Assembly: GCA_030704615.1 (NCBI GenBank)
Contig: CM060732.1
Location: forward strand, 30,008,001 to 30,072,000
Length of the DNA: 64,000 bases
Source of the DNA: Takakia lepidozioides
Lineage: Eukaryota > Plantae > Bryophyta
Reading direction: 5' to 3'
The notes under the pieces are model-generated. The model ran no database searches and was not told the origin of the DNA. It saw only the letters and a program-made list of their open reading frames with translations. This document shows positions 14,038 to 27,266 of this stretch, in pieces; position 1 is the first letter of the stretch; every line of letters begins with the position of its first letter. A program made the position numbers and the translations under genes.

Positions 14038-14339
14038 AGTTGAGCTTGTTTGAGGGGTATACGAAGTTCCGTCGACTTGGTGAAGCCCATGTAGAAGGAG
14101 GAAGGGCTTAGTTTTTGTCTGCAGTTGGTAAATGTGAGACATCGTGTCCGATCAATAAACCATCGTACCTCACTTCTTGATGATTGTGTTTCATTGTGTG
14201 AATAACTGTCGGGAATTGGCCCACTGTTTACAATTTGATGTCTCATTTCTACAATGTGTCTGTCCGGATTGAATATAGCAGAGTACCGGTATGTGAGTCA
14301 TGTGTCAAGAATATACCAGAGTACGCCATGTCGGACATC

Positions 14340-15100
14340 GAAATGCGGCACCGCATTTCCATGTCGCCATCGAAATGCGGCGCCGCATTTCCATATCGGC
14401 ACCGAAATGCGGCACCGCATTTTCCATGTGGGACAAGAAAATGCGGTGCATCCTTTCCGTCCAGGTACACGAAAACCAACACGGGTCTATAAATTGATCA
14501 GAAACGAGGTTGGCATTGCAAATGCGGCGACGCATTTCCAGCTTGGCAATGGAAACTTCTTTTGGACAAGGGAATGCGGTGCCGCATTTCCGTAAAACAC
14601 TTCGAAAAGTGTGACATTTCCGATCAGCGCGATGGAATGCGTTACCGCATTCCGAGAGAGGGTCTGCAGATGGACAAATGCGATGTCCGTTCTGGAAATG
14701 CGGCGCCGCATTTCCAGTCCGTCATCGACTTTTTTTAACAATGGAATGCGGTGCCAATTTTTGCTGATGGGCTTGCAGTTCGAACAACGACCATCCCCAA
14801 TACTGAAATGCCGGCACCGCATTTTCAATCCCGCCATGTCGACCTCCTTGTTCGACCTCCTTGTTCGACCTCTGTAAGCGTGGTTGTGGCATCCATGCAA
14901 TGAGTGGGAGAGGCAAAAACTGGCGTGTGGACAAAGGAAATTTTGGAAATGCGGCACCGCATTTCCAATTCACGATTACTTTTTACTATGCCAACATTGA
15001 AATGGAAATTTAGTCCCTCCCTGTTTTGGAAATGCGTGCGCATTTCGAAAAGAGGTTCTTAGAGTTCCCCGGTTTTGGAAATGCGAGGTGCCCATTTCTG
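14340..15100. repeat. Cluster of a 20-bp palindrome GAAATGCGGC(A/G)CCGCATTTC
   Basis: About a dozen copies; the first three are at 14340, 14372 and 14404 (32-bp period). Further copies near 17645, 22712, 22808 and 23180. Confidence 0.9.
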
Positions 15101-18100
15101 ATTTGAGCGTCGTGGTTTGGGCGATTGTGTGGTGGGATGGAATGCACACTGGAGAGGGGTCCACGAATGTCGGGCAGAATTCCTTTATATATCTGGAAGA
15201 GAATTTACATTTCAGAGACTTCATTAAAATTCTATTAATCTTGAAAATCATCCGAATCCTCATCCTGTTCTAGACTGTCCTGCTCCTCCTCCCCCCCTCA
15301 GTGCCTTCTCATCTCCAGCGGACTGCTCGTTGGCCAGGCTTTCGAAAATCCCATCTTCCCCTTGCGAACTGTCCATCTCACCTCCGTTGGGTCGTCTTCC
15401 TCCTGTCTGCGTCGCTCTCATCCGCTGAATCACATATGTACTTCGTACCCGTCTACCTGTCTGAGCTGCTGCCAACTCTTTCCTTATCCTTCTGTCCTCC
15501 CTAGCCCTCTCCAAAATCTGCTCTACTTTACTGGGATTCTCACTTCTTTAATCGCTGTATTTGCGAGTTTAGCTGCATAACTAGGAAGGGAGTAGTCCCT
15601 CACCGGGCTCGTCATGAAATCGGCCCTCGCAAAAGAACGGAATTCTTCTGGCAGGAAGTGTAGGCCCTACATGTTTCGACCCGGACCCTGCATCCTGCAC
15701 ATGACAATCATCAACGAGACTAATGAGAACCACATCGGGAAATTGTTTGACATTAAATGACCCAGAAGGCTTTGCAAACTTACAATTTTGCATCACTCGT
15801 ATTCCGGGTTCTCCTCCGCATCAATGTCCACTGTGTCTTCCTCGGACTCCGACGAATCCGAGGAGACTTCCGCTCTGTGGGAGCCTTCACATTCCGTTGC
15901 AGCCCTTCCAGATGGGATCCCCACACGGATGAATCCTCCTCGTAGGCAAAGAAGGTGCCGGTCGGAAAACCGCCCAGCCCACATTGAGGGAGGCACCTGT
16001 TTACAATGCCATCCACACATTACCACATGGCGCTTCAGATGTTGCGAACTACATCCTAACGAGAATTGCAGAACAGCAGAGATCAAGATTCTGCATACCG
16101 TCCCACAGAGAGGTCGAGCACTGTGCCTCCAGTCTGTTGCATGTCTCCATAATTGTCTGAATGAAGGCAGGGCTCCGAAGTCCGTGAGTACCGCAGGGGT
16201 TCCGTTGAAGTGAGGCTATGAGGGAGGAAGTTCCTTGGGAACGTGTTGAACAGAACGTCGTAATCGAGTGGGTCGCAGTTCGGGTCAACCTTCCTCCTCC
16301 TTCCGGAAGCAAAGGTGGAGTTCTCCTTCACAAAGCAATATGCATCGAACTGCTTCGTCTGCATACACAGGGGGAAACGATTAGAAACCGAATGCGCACC
16401 GCATTTGAAAACACCCAAGCAAATGAATGGACGAGTGCTAGTGTCGTAATCACCTTCTTCCCTTCCGACCGAAGGCCCAGTGTGTTGATGCACGTCCACT
16501 TCTTTTTCAGAATCGGGACGGCGCTCTTGCGGTCTCACTTCGCAATTCCTGTCTGAGTGTTTTTCCTCTGCTCGCCAGGACAACCACACAGCCTCTGTGT
16601 CCAACACCATGCGGCAAGCCCGAATCCTTTCTTCAAAAGTCCTCCGAGTACCTGTTCCAAGATGGCAAAGCTTGCAGTCCTTCCACAGGCTCTCCGTCCG
16701 GAATATCCAAGATGATCATATCGCAAGACCACTCGGTGGCATTGCCGCCCCTCTACAATCCTTGTCTGCACACCACCCTCTCAGAAGAACGAGACCATAT
16801 TCTGAAATCCTGGGGTGTCGGAAGGCTCTTTGGCAGTCGCTTTCTTCAGTGCTCGCCTTCAGACCCTCCATGGTCTTCAGGTATGCAACTTGGCTGCCCG
16901 TCCATCAAAGCCGCCAAGAAACTCTCATTTACACACTGGACTAAAAGTTTCGGGAGCCACTTTCGGCCTCTTCATTTCCACGGCTCGAAAGGGTGCCCCC
17001 CTGGGGGGGGTTGTTGAGAGTGCCTTCTTTGCCAAGCCAGTTCTCGTGCCTCTCGTGACAACGGTGGGGCACAGGGGAGGCAGCCTGCGTTGGGGGGGGG
17101 GGTTGGCTGGTTGCAAAGTCTCCATCGGAGTCCTCTTCCTCCCCTCTTCCTGAACAGGCTGTTTCTGCTCTTCGTTTTGGCGGGGGTCACAACAGTGCTC
17201 CTTGCTGGCGAGTCCTCTTCTTCGACCCCTTCTGTTGGGCCTGCACAGCTGCATCCACCGTCTTTGTGCCATCTCAGCTGCCTTTCTGGATTCTTCCAGA
17301 GCAGCAGATTCCGTTGCCGACTTTGGCCCAGCAGGAGGAGAACGTCTTCCTTTCTCTTTCTTCTGCCAAGGCGGTTGCAGATCTTTCTCAGACTCGTCAA
17401 CAATACCGACCAGACATGTCCAAGTACCACGGCATCCAACGAGATGCGCGGGATGCCATTGTTCTGCATCTCGGGTGTGTAGACACAGCTTGGGCCCGCC
17501 ACGGTCAAGCCATGAAGAAGGGGGGCTCTTGAGCCAGGGCCCCTGTCTGAAGGAAGCACGTATTTCATATACTGCAAGGCGTCAGCATGCGTGAGCAAAA
17601 CTTGAGACCAACCTACTGGCAGAGTGCCACCAAAAACATAAATGCGAATGCGGTGCCGCATTTCCGAGACAAACCTCGTTAACAAGGCTTCGCATACAAG
17701 GGCAGCTGTGCTTCACCTGTAAACAATTCGCATTGCAGCTTCCCCGCTCCCTCCTGATGTGAAAACTCCACGCTCCTTCTTGCTGTCTGTAGCGCTCGGC
17801 GAAAAGGTTGTCCTTGTACGCACATCTGAAAACGTGTCACCGTAGTCTTCCAATGTCTGTGTTCCATCCCATTTGACGTACAAGCGACGAATTTGTGTGC
17901 ATACGACTTGCTCCTTCGCATTCGACGACATTACCTGCGATTCGCAAATCCATTGTCACGTAGAGCAGTTCAGGGAATTCATGTCAGAAAAGCAAATCTG
18001 GGGATAGTACCTTGAATTACCTGGGAACCACCAAGTCATACGGTTGAGGCCACACATCCACTGCAGGGTCGGAAACTTCGAGTGGAAACGACCACATTGT

Positions 18101-18548
18101 CCTTATGCTCTCGAATGCATTCCAGATCGAAAACCACGTGTCTGCCATTCCGATCCAATGTCAGGAGCTGAAGAGAGTGGCTATTGATAGGAAGGAACTT
18201 CAGTCATTGAAACCTCACCTTCTCTTTCGCCTCCACACATGCCGTTGAGAGGTGATGCAGTTTCTCCAATTGCATGGTCGGCGGCAGGGCCAGAATAGTG
18301 TTTGCCATCTCGGGGGATGAAGTCCTTTCAAGTGCCGGATCTGCAATTGCCCCAGCTCACAGCTTTGACTTGTATTGGTTCTGAGACTTGACACCGGCTT
18401 CCTTCAAGTGCTCAGTCAATGACTGCAACGTTTTGACCTGCCCCTCACTTTCCATGAACGAAAGCGTTGGGCAAGGGCCAAATCCAGCTTGATGTTTGAC
18501 TGCCAACAAAAACATGCAGAAGAAGCGTCATTGATTCAGTGGAAACAT

Positions 18549-19048
18549 NNNNNNNNNNNNNNNNNNNNNNNNNNNNNNNNNNNNNNNNNNNNNNNNNNNN
18601 NNNNNNNNNNNNNNNNNNNNNNNNNNNNNNNNNNNNNNNNNNNNNNNNNNNNNNNNNNNNNNNNNNNNNNNNNNNNNNNNNNNNNNNNNNNNNNNNNNNN
18701 NNNNNNNNNNNNNNNNNNNNNNNNNNNNNNNNNNNNNNNNNNNNNNNNNNNNNNNNNNNNNNNNNNNNNNNNNNNNNNNNNNNNNNNNNNNNNNNNNNNN
18801 NNNNNNNNNNNNNNNNNNNNNNNNNNNNNNNNNNNNNNNNNNNNNNNNNNNNNNNNNNNNNNNNNNNNNNNNNNNNNNNNNNNNNNNNNNNNNNNNNNNN
18901 NNNNNNNNNNNNNNNNNNNNNNNNNNNNNNNNNNNNNNNNNNNNNNNNNNNNNNNNNNNNNNNNNNNNNNNNNNNNNNNNNNNNNNNNNNNNNNNNNNNN
19001 NNNNNNNNNNNNNNNNNNNNNNNNNNNNNNNNNNNNNNNNNNNNNNNN
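18549..19048. other. Assembly gap (500 N)
   Basis: Run of N. Confidence 1.
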
Positions 19049-22000
19049 TACCGGTAAAGACGGAGGGTTGCGGAATCGAATGGCACGTTCCCCCGTCAGA
19101 CACCATCCTTGTACCGAGCTGTGGGAATGCCCATTCCTTCCGAATCAGTCGCTGCCCACACCATCCACAAAGGAGTCCGGAAACCCGAAGAGGCGGCCAC
19201 TGCCAACAGAGAGGTATGCAACGATAATCATTCCCGACCTGGACCGTCAAGACCCTCCCATAGCTTCTCGTGTGGACGTATTCGACATTTCCGACGAGGA
19301 AGATGATTGCATTGAGGTACCCATGTCCTCCACACGGTCGTTCAAATCCGGCATGGACGTCTCTGTAGGTGCTACGCATGTGCCCTCGAGCATAACTCCA
19401 ACCCGGTCCATTGTGCAGCTCCTCCGACAACATCACCTCGATGGTTCTCGCTCCGAGCTGGCTGCTCTCGACTATGCCAAATTCCCAGTCAGAAAGGTAA
19501 CGTTTCTGCCTCCCGAAGTCGATGGCAATGTCATCTTCGAGTTTCCACCTGTTTCTTCGTCAAAGAAAGCCTCCGGGATGTTAACAGACATGGATCGAAA
19601 GCATGACGGACACCCTGGTGTGTGACGAAGACCAGTAGCACGAAATTGCTGATGGTGTTCGTGTACGATATGTCCTCTGTGCGGGGAAGCTGAGGTGCCT
19701 CAATCCCACCTGCTCCACTTTCTCTCCAAAGGAGGGCGGAGAAACGAGACGGATTGGACTGGCACAACGCATCATCCATTCATTGTCTCCAGCCAAGCTC
19801 CTGCGGGTTCTTTCAAGTGTGCACATTGCAAAGAACCACCGACGTGCATGTCCATGTGCAGAGCCAAGCAATATTACGTAATCCATTTGCTCCGGACTTG
19901 ACTAGAGCTTGCATACACGTTGGGGTCCACTGCCACCCCTTGGCGAGAGGCAACATGCGTGAGGCTGTGCAGGAAGCACACGACATCATAAAAGAGGAGG
20001 TGAAATTGAGCCCCGGAGCCAGACCAAAGCAGATTCAGCTGAAGGCAGCCCACAAGATTGCTCTTGGCAAAATCATGTCTGAAGATGGTTCCGACCGAGA
20101 GCCCTTGACCGAAGACGAGATGCGTGACCTCTTGGAGTCCGTCTCGCACGTTTGTAGTCCGAATGTGCGGAATCACATCGTATCTTGCAAGCAGGAGTTC
20201 GGCAGGGGGTCGGACATGTACTCAATCCTGGAGGTGAAACGAATGACTGGATATGACTACATCCAAGGTAGCAGGTTTCCAGGGCAAGGCAGCGAATCCG
20301 ATCGTTGTTACATTTTCAAAATGTCGACGTGTGGGCCTGGGAGTGGAGTCGACTTGGTCACTCGCATGACAACTGGAAACTTGTCGAATGCTTGGGTGAT
20401 GTTTGATCACATCAAGCGAATTACAAACCATCAGTGGGTGACTATGGGTGCGCATGTTTATGACTATCACTCCAAGAGGCTCATGACGATTGCAATCTGC
20501 GAGATGAAAGGGGAGGACACACAGTCCGAGATGCATCTGTGGGAGGGCATAAACCAGCAGATGGCAAGGGCGGGATTGCCAGAGCCCAATTTCAGGGGAT
20601 TCATGGCAGACAACGCTCAGGCCAACTGGGCAGCGGTGCGGCGTGTGTACGGTGAGGACCCCATGTTCCAATGGAGGGGAAAGAGAGATCCTGTGGATTC
20701 CATTGGATGCAGAGTCTATCCCACTACACTACCAAATTTGTTGCTAGCTCATTCCAGGCTGAAAACCGTGTCCTTTGTACGGCGTGGAAGGATGCACCCA
20801 CATTTGATGACGCGGAGGTTAAGTTTGCTATCATCGAGGCTTGGTGGAACACGTCAGGTGCAGTGGAGACAACCAATCTGGGAGCATTGCACAGCTGGTT
20901 GGGGTGGTGGCATTTTCGGTATCGACAGTTCGGACAGTACATGCGGGAGGTAGGGCTGCTGTCAATTTCGTTCATTTGTCTTTCTGTTACGGACATTTCG
21001 ATTGGTCCCTCACCGTTGTTTGTGTCCTTCTAGGAGCGGTGCTTGGATTCCGACACGGACATGCCGAACACGAATATGGCAGAATCGGTCCACTCCTCCT
21101 GGCGAGCGTCTTCTGCCGCACATCTGGTGGACGTAGTGACGGCCACAACGGAGGACATCGACAGAGCAATCATGCAGCAAGCCACGTACTACAAGTTCCT
21201 GAGCGGCAAACAATGGGGCTTTGGGCCGGACAGGGAGGAGGAATTGTTGGTACGAACAGCTTCGAGGTCCAAGAATCCAGTGAAATGGGCGACGACAGCA
21301 TTGCGAGAGAAGATCAAAGGGACGCCTCTGCACCGCAGAGGTGAACACCTAAGGGGGACGTCCGACTCGCCCTGTCAGGTGGAGGATTGAAGAGGAACCC
21401 GGGTGCGAAGAGGATTCCTGGAGATCCGACAGGAACATTCGGACAGCACCTCGAGGTCCCGTCATGTTGCCGCACAATGTGTCTTCCAGCAGTGGAAGCC
21501 CAAGAAATTCCAGATCGCCGTCGCCTTCAACCGGGGATTTCGTGCAACAAATTCCCACCGCTCCCTTGCCCCACATTCCGCCCGCTGTTATGCAGTATGG
21601 CCAAGCCATTGTGGAGACGACTGTGTCTGCCTCACAGTGGAGAATTGCTCGCACAAAGCCGTCGTTTCGAGGAAGGTGTTCCGCAATTCGTGTGGATACA
21701 CGGCAACGTTGTTTAGAGATGATAAGGAGGAATCCAGATGGGGCTGTCCCTGCTCCTACTTTTACAGGAAGATTTGTCCATGCAAAGTTTGCGGAGGCGA
21801 CAACCACCCAGTTCTGGTTCTGCAGGCACGACATTATGACTTGCGTGTATGGAAAGCCCAAGTACGGCATACAGACAATGCCAGAGGCCCCCCGGTGTGG
21901 CCGTGGAACCAGGCTGCGATCTGAGTCAGGTTGAGGCCGACGCCCTTACCGCCGCAGGATTTCGGATGGTGCAGCGCACTGACGTGCCCAGACATCCATT

Positions 22001-23307
22001 TCCGCTTCCACAGCCTCCACCACCGACCCCTGTGAGAGCAAGAAGACAATGGGACACGACAGCTCTAAGCATCCTACACACCGTTGGGGGAAACCGAAGA
22101 GGCGGCGGCGACCTCCTCAAAAGTGAACGAGACAAGGATGGGGAATGCACTTCGGATGAACTGTACAATCCAGAGCTCGACAGAAGTGCCCCCACCAGGA
22201 TTCGGGCGTGTGTATCAGATGGCCACGGCGGGCTCAGCTGTTCGCAATGAGGTGTACACCATCACCATTTCAGAATTACCCCCTGCAATTGCACCGACTT
22301 CCAGATCATGGCGAACAAGGGGGCATCATACTGCCCTTGCAAGCATTGTACTACGTGTACCTAAAGAGACTCGTTGTAATTCCACAACTCATCACTTCAT
22401 ACATGCACCAGGGTTGAGCCCCCAGGGGTTCACACTCTTCTGAATATGGATCCAGGGGACCAGTGAGCTTGGCTTGCGGTCCACATACAATGGTACGCCC
22501 ATCGGATAGTAGAACTGTACTGCTGCCAGTACCTCAGACTCTGGCCACACAAGGTCCGACATATGTCTTGCCTACCAGTAACCTGTTTTGATCGAACTAA
22601 GATATTACTATATCGTTCACTTGTTTCCACGTGCATGTATTTTTGTATGTTGGAGGGTTCATGTTTTTCTGCTTTCCGAAAACTTGCTCTCCTCATTCGA
22701 CCTCCGACAAGGAAATGCGGCGCCGAATTTCCAAGTATCGTCGTAGTACCCCCAGAGGCGGCCTTCGCCAACACCAACCGCTCCGAAATTTCGCACGTGC
22801 GAACCCTAATGCGGCACCCTATTTCCCAGTTCAGTTGCAAACCTTTCCCGCCGAATACCCGAAGAAGACAGAATTGTGAAGTACTGCAGACTGTATTGGT
22901 GCAGACTCCATTGGTTCAATCGCGGCAAAAGGGTCAGCTTCATTCCAATGTTAAGGCATGTAAAACCGCGGAATACTCTATACAGGCCAGTATGCGACGT
23001 CCTTTTGCAGTGGTATACTGGATTTCCCGTTGCACGGTCACTTATTTCCATGAGCGGATCTATAAAACCATGAGCGGACTTGTTACTGACGACATATCTT
23101 CGCCGCATTACATGATCTGGAACGTCCAAAAACGGCAAGGTCAAATAAAAAAACTATTATTTTAATACTTGTTTAATCTGCCGCATTTCCAAATTTGGAG
23201 GAGTCCGCTCATGAAATCCGCGTATCTTAGACTTCGGCTCACCGCTCATGCGGCTCATGCGGCTCATGGCTCATGGCTCATGGTTTCTGCTCATGAAATA
23301 GTAAACC
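19049..23307 (+). mobile_element. Right arm of the MULE-like CATGAGC-family element containing the transposase
   Basis: Ends with GCTCATG repeats and GCTCATGAAATAGTAAACC, the inverse of the left terminus. Sequence after 23307 resumes the retrotransposon 3' ORF. Confidence 0.75.
19079..22440 (+). pseudogene. MULE-like DDE transposase with Cys/His-rich N-terminal region and SWIM finger, frameshifted
   Basis: WVMFDHIKR (D), GFMADNAQANW (D), ERSCGFHW (CxxH), then a GT-AG intron 20950-21033 and NMAESVH (E). SWIM-like YTITI..C.C..F...CKH near 22250-22350. Confidence 0.8.
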
Positions 23308-25314
23308 TCTTGCGCAGGACCAGTTGCACGAAGCACATAAGCAACAGCTATACCAAATGCAGGTGAAACATGAGAGCAAGTTGCAAGAAGTGAATGCACT
23401 ACATACGGAGTTGCAGACAGTACATGAGAGGATGGCCATACAATGTGCTACACTCACAACTACGCTTGAGCAAACTACATCAGAAGTTAACAGCCAAGCG
23501 GAAAGATGTATGAAGGCACAGACATATAATGTCGAGCAGGCGAAACTCATTATTGATATGAAGAATACAATGTGTCGCAATGAGAATACTTTCAAGCAAT
23601 ACAGGCAGGTTGAAGCTGACCAAGAGAGGTACATCCTGGAATTGCAACAAACGGTCATGGTAAATAGAAATGAACTCTCTGTGGCTAACAAGGCTTGGAA
23701 GGAAGCCAATAATCTGGCTGCTGCCTATGCGAGTTTGGTTGAACCTCATGCAAAGCGCATGGAGGCTTTACAGCAGCAGATAGATGTGTACAGGCTCACA
23801 GAGGAGCAGACTCTCAGGGGTGCCACACGCAACTTGGTGGATAACCACCTTATGCAAGTCTGGTTAGCACAAGGGCCAGTGGAAGGCAAAGCACCACAGA
23901 AGCTCAACCAGGGCGAGATGAATGACCTGAGGCTGCAAGTGTAGAACATTGCCACAACTACCATAGACAATGTCTATAATAGGATAGCAGAGCTATAGGA
24001 GGATGTAGACGGCATGTAGACTCAGGTGGAGGACCTAACTTCAAATATTGACAAAAGAGTCTTTGTACCTGAGGAGCAGCTGATGGCTTCTTATTTACAA
24101 GCCAGAACTTTAGCTTTTCAGTCTTCTTCGCAGAGGGTGCAAGAGATGCCAATGGTACAAGAGCCAGTGCTACCAATACCACAACAGTGACTGTACAAGT
24201 CCTTGACCCTGTTGTTACTACAGCCACACCACAGCCGCCACAGCCTGAGGTATGGGGGGATGCTGGTTTTAGCCCACCTAAAACTCCTGCTGCACGGGAG
24301 TACAGTATGGCTATGATTATGCCCTTCAACCAAATTCCCATTGTGTTGGATTTGGCTTGGAAGGAATTTAGTCCTCCGCAGTCGTTGGCACATTACTACC
24401 AGATCATGCGTATTTGGCTGCCAGTGGCAACTAGGACTAAGGTTCTTCCGAACAATCGACCCATTGAGGATCATCACTTTGCGAGGTACTGGCATGAGGC
24501 AAGTACCATGTTGAAGGAATTAATTGCCTTCCAAGTTGTACATGGGTACATTTATACCAAGACCAAGGAGGTAGCAAGTATTGTCATGGGTTGCGGGTTA
24601 TACTATGCTGCTTGTTTTCTGGCACGTTATCACATTGAGCAGCAGAAGATGCAATCGCAAATTCTGAGTTATTCCAGTGGGGATCATTGGGTCTTACCTT
24701 CAGTGCCACCTCATATGTACTTATATGAAGCAAAAGTTATGATGCAAAAGGATTCTCAAATTCGTTCATGGTTTCATTCGGCCTGGAACAATTTGTCAAC
24801 ACAGAAATTCGGGCCTGACGATATTTTCTTTAAGGGACATGAGGCATGGAAATACTTGCACTGTTCTCAAGTCATTGGCACACCACTCATCTGTACAAAC
24901 AAGGAGTTCAGGGTCTTCACCAATTTTGCAATTCAGCGCTTACAACAAGTTTTACAGATTAAACTTCCAGACATGGTGGGACCACATTGTATGCCCCAGA
25001 GGATTCCAGTTAGAGTTCGACCGTTAAAACACCTCAGGGGGGAAGACGATTCTGATATTACTGTTTCTTCAGCGGACTCTTTTGACATGGCAGAGGACTA
25101 TGCAATTCAGATGGCAGAGAAGAAGCGACGGGGGTCTCCTATGCCTGAGAGATTACCTCGATATCAGCCAAAGGAGGGACTGACATTTCCAGGTAGTGCT
25201 CAATCATCTCCGTCAACCAGTGACAGGACACGGGCTCGCACACGGAGTCCTTCACGAGACTCTCAACGTCAAAAGGGTGCTCGCTCACAAATGTTTGCTA
25301 ATCCCAAACAGTAA
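23308..25314 (+). pseudogene. Family-X retrotransposon 3' extra ORF (coiled coil plus unknown globular domain), copy 1
   Basis: ORFs 23324-23944 and 24187-25314. The stop is ~20 bp upstream of the PPT; paralogue at 27267-29724. Confidence 0.75.
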
Positions 25315-25335
25315 ACCGTGAGGACACGGCTTTTT

Positions 25336-25349
25336 GAGAGGGGGAGGGG
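25336..25349 (+). promoter_or_regulatory. Polypurine tract
   Basis: GAGAGGGGGAGGGG three nt before the LTR-initial TGT. Confidence 0.85.
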
Positions 25350-25352
25350 TAA

Positions 25353-26400
25353 TGTTTAGAGGCTGCTTGGGACTTTGACGCTTTATGGGATTTATGAGGT
25401 ACCCTTAATTTTTACATAGACTGAGACCAACAGGAGCCTTAGGGGTGACAACAACAGGCTTTAGGGGGGGAGATACACAGCCCGACACAGCCCGAGATAC
25501 CGAGACACAGTCAGACACAGCCGTCACAGTCATCACAGCTGTCACAGCTTCGCACAGCCAATACAACCCGTCACAGTCCGACACAGCCGTCACAGTTATC
25601 ACAGCCGTCACAGCTTCGCACAGCCAACACAGCCCGACACAGCGGCCACAGCTTAGCACAGCCGACACAGCCCAACACAGCCAGTCACAGCCCGATATAG
25701 CCGCCACAGCTTTGCACAGCCCTACACAGCCCGACACAGCCAGTCACAGCCCGCCACATCCTGATACAGCCAGTCCAGTCACAGCTGGCACACAGCTGGG
25801 GGACAGTTATCATTGGCAAGGAACGACTGTGGGGGAACGACATCTGAAAAAAGAACGTGTACTACAGGGATGACGGTTAGTTAGGAAAGCGGTTAGAACA
25901 GCTTGTAGGTAGATAAAGCCAAGAGCGGGGACGTCTGGAAAATGACTTCTTGGGGGGGGACTTCTGGCATCACGGCTTGGAAATGAAGGGAGAGCGCATC
26001 TCTGAGTGGAAAGATGGAGAGCACGGAGTAGGAGGAGAGACGATCTGTTGATACTTGATGAATCCAAGCTGTAGAATTGTAATGTAGAGTAGATTAGAGA
26101 CACCATGGCTTCAGCCTGATACTTGATAGATATTAATCTGATACATACTTCATACTCACACTATGTAGAGAGACCTGAATGAAGCTGTGGAATGAATGGA
26201 TGGAACCTGATAGATTACGGAAGCAATCTGATACTTAATTGCAGACAGTAAGGTAACTCGCTAACATGAATGCGGGAAGGAGTACAAATAGGAAACACCC
26301 CCATGATACACTAGCTGTAGGTCATGATTGATTGTTCTGAGCGGGCTGAGTGCTTAGAGATTTCCAACTCTTCTATCTTGGAGTTCCTACCTCGGATAGC
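25353..26400 (+). mobile_element. 3' LTR of family X (right boundary uncertain) with an expanded CACAGCC tandem array at ~25470-25810
   Basis: Follows the PPT; homologous to the 11336 LTR. Confidence 0.8.
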
Positions 26401-26419
26401 GAAGGGATGGGTGAGTAAA

Positions 26420-27266
26420 AGCCGCTCGACACCGTGTCGCTTCGGGTGCAGATCACGACTGCAAGATGGAATCGGCTAGAATTTTGCAGGCTCGGGTGAC
26501 TCGTATCACCGAAGTCCCTGCCCCGGGTATGGACGGATTTACACAGTGCTGTCTATTGGCTCAGTTCTTCATGGCAAAGAATATCAGGTTACCGTGGGGA
26601 ATTTCCCTACGTGCACTTGTCCGGATTTTGTAACGATGTGTGAGGGCGCTCTCGGCATGAGAGGGAAGTGGGTCCCCTGCAAGCATCAATATTACATTTA
26701 CCTTGTAATTATGTGTTGCGACGGTAAGAGAGACCAATTCGTTCACCAAGCCACACTAGGCTACGGAGAAGTCATCACCCTTCTGCAGCGGGACATCTCA
26801 CGTAGGGCTCCGCCAGATTATCTTTGAACACATACAAGCCATGCCCGCTTCCCATGTTGGTTTCCATGTCATCGTGTGAAAACTTTGCATTTAGGACAAA
26901 CACATACAGTTCGTTCACGGAACCAGGGCAAATGCACATGCCATTCATTGTAAGCGTCTATCTGTGAATTGAAATAAAGTGTGTCAATCATTCTGAGCTC
27001 AAATCTGCCATATTTTCATATTCCTCTTTTTGTGTAGGCATTGCAGACATGGTGCATGGTGGCCCCTTTTGTTTTGTCCACGGTAATAGGCCCTCTTCCT
27101 GCAATCCTCACCTATAGGACCTGCTTCTCCAGCAGATTTGTGCCGCTCACGCTTCCCTGAAGCGTGAGCTCAGCTCACGCTTTGCTGCTACAACGTGAGC
27201 TCAGCTCCCAAGCTCACGGGGCTGGGCTCACGCCGTAGCTACGCTGGTCGGAGAACCAGTAGCACC
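26420..27266 (+). mobile_element. 3' fragment of another MULE-like element (SWIM finger plus terminus)
   Basis: YQVTVGNFPTCTCPDF...WVPCKHQYY (26546-26827), then GCTCACG subterminal repeats ending CCAGTAGCACC. Confidence 0.7.

Larger units (their letters stand above)
11923..18548. mobile_element. Left arm of a large MULE-like DNA transposon (CATGAGC-repeat terminus) with cargo ORFs
   Basis: Terminus GGGCTGCTTTTTCATGAGC followed by CATGAGC repeats. The same start occurs at 63892 and an inverted equivalent ends at 23307. Confidence 0.65.

Noticed and set aside
14340-14460. CRISPR-like palindromic repeats
   Set aside because: Spacers are only ~12 bp and similar to each other, spacing becomes irregular, there are no cas genes and the context is eukaryotic
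18445-19625. Long ORFs in the track spanning X runs
   Set aside because: Artefacts of the 500-N gap
25445-25873. S/T/Q-rich mucin-like ORF
   Set aside because: Translation of the LTR tandem array
11336-26400. One intact LTR element bounded by the 11336 and 25353 LTRs
   Set aside because: The LTRs are visibly diverged, no GTGCC TSD was found, gag-pol is absent and a gap intervenes
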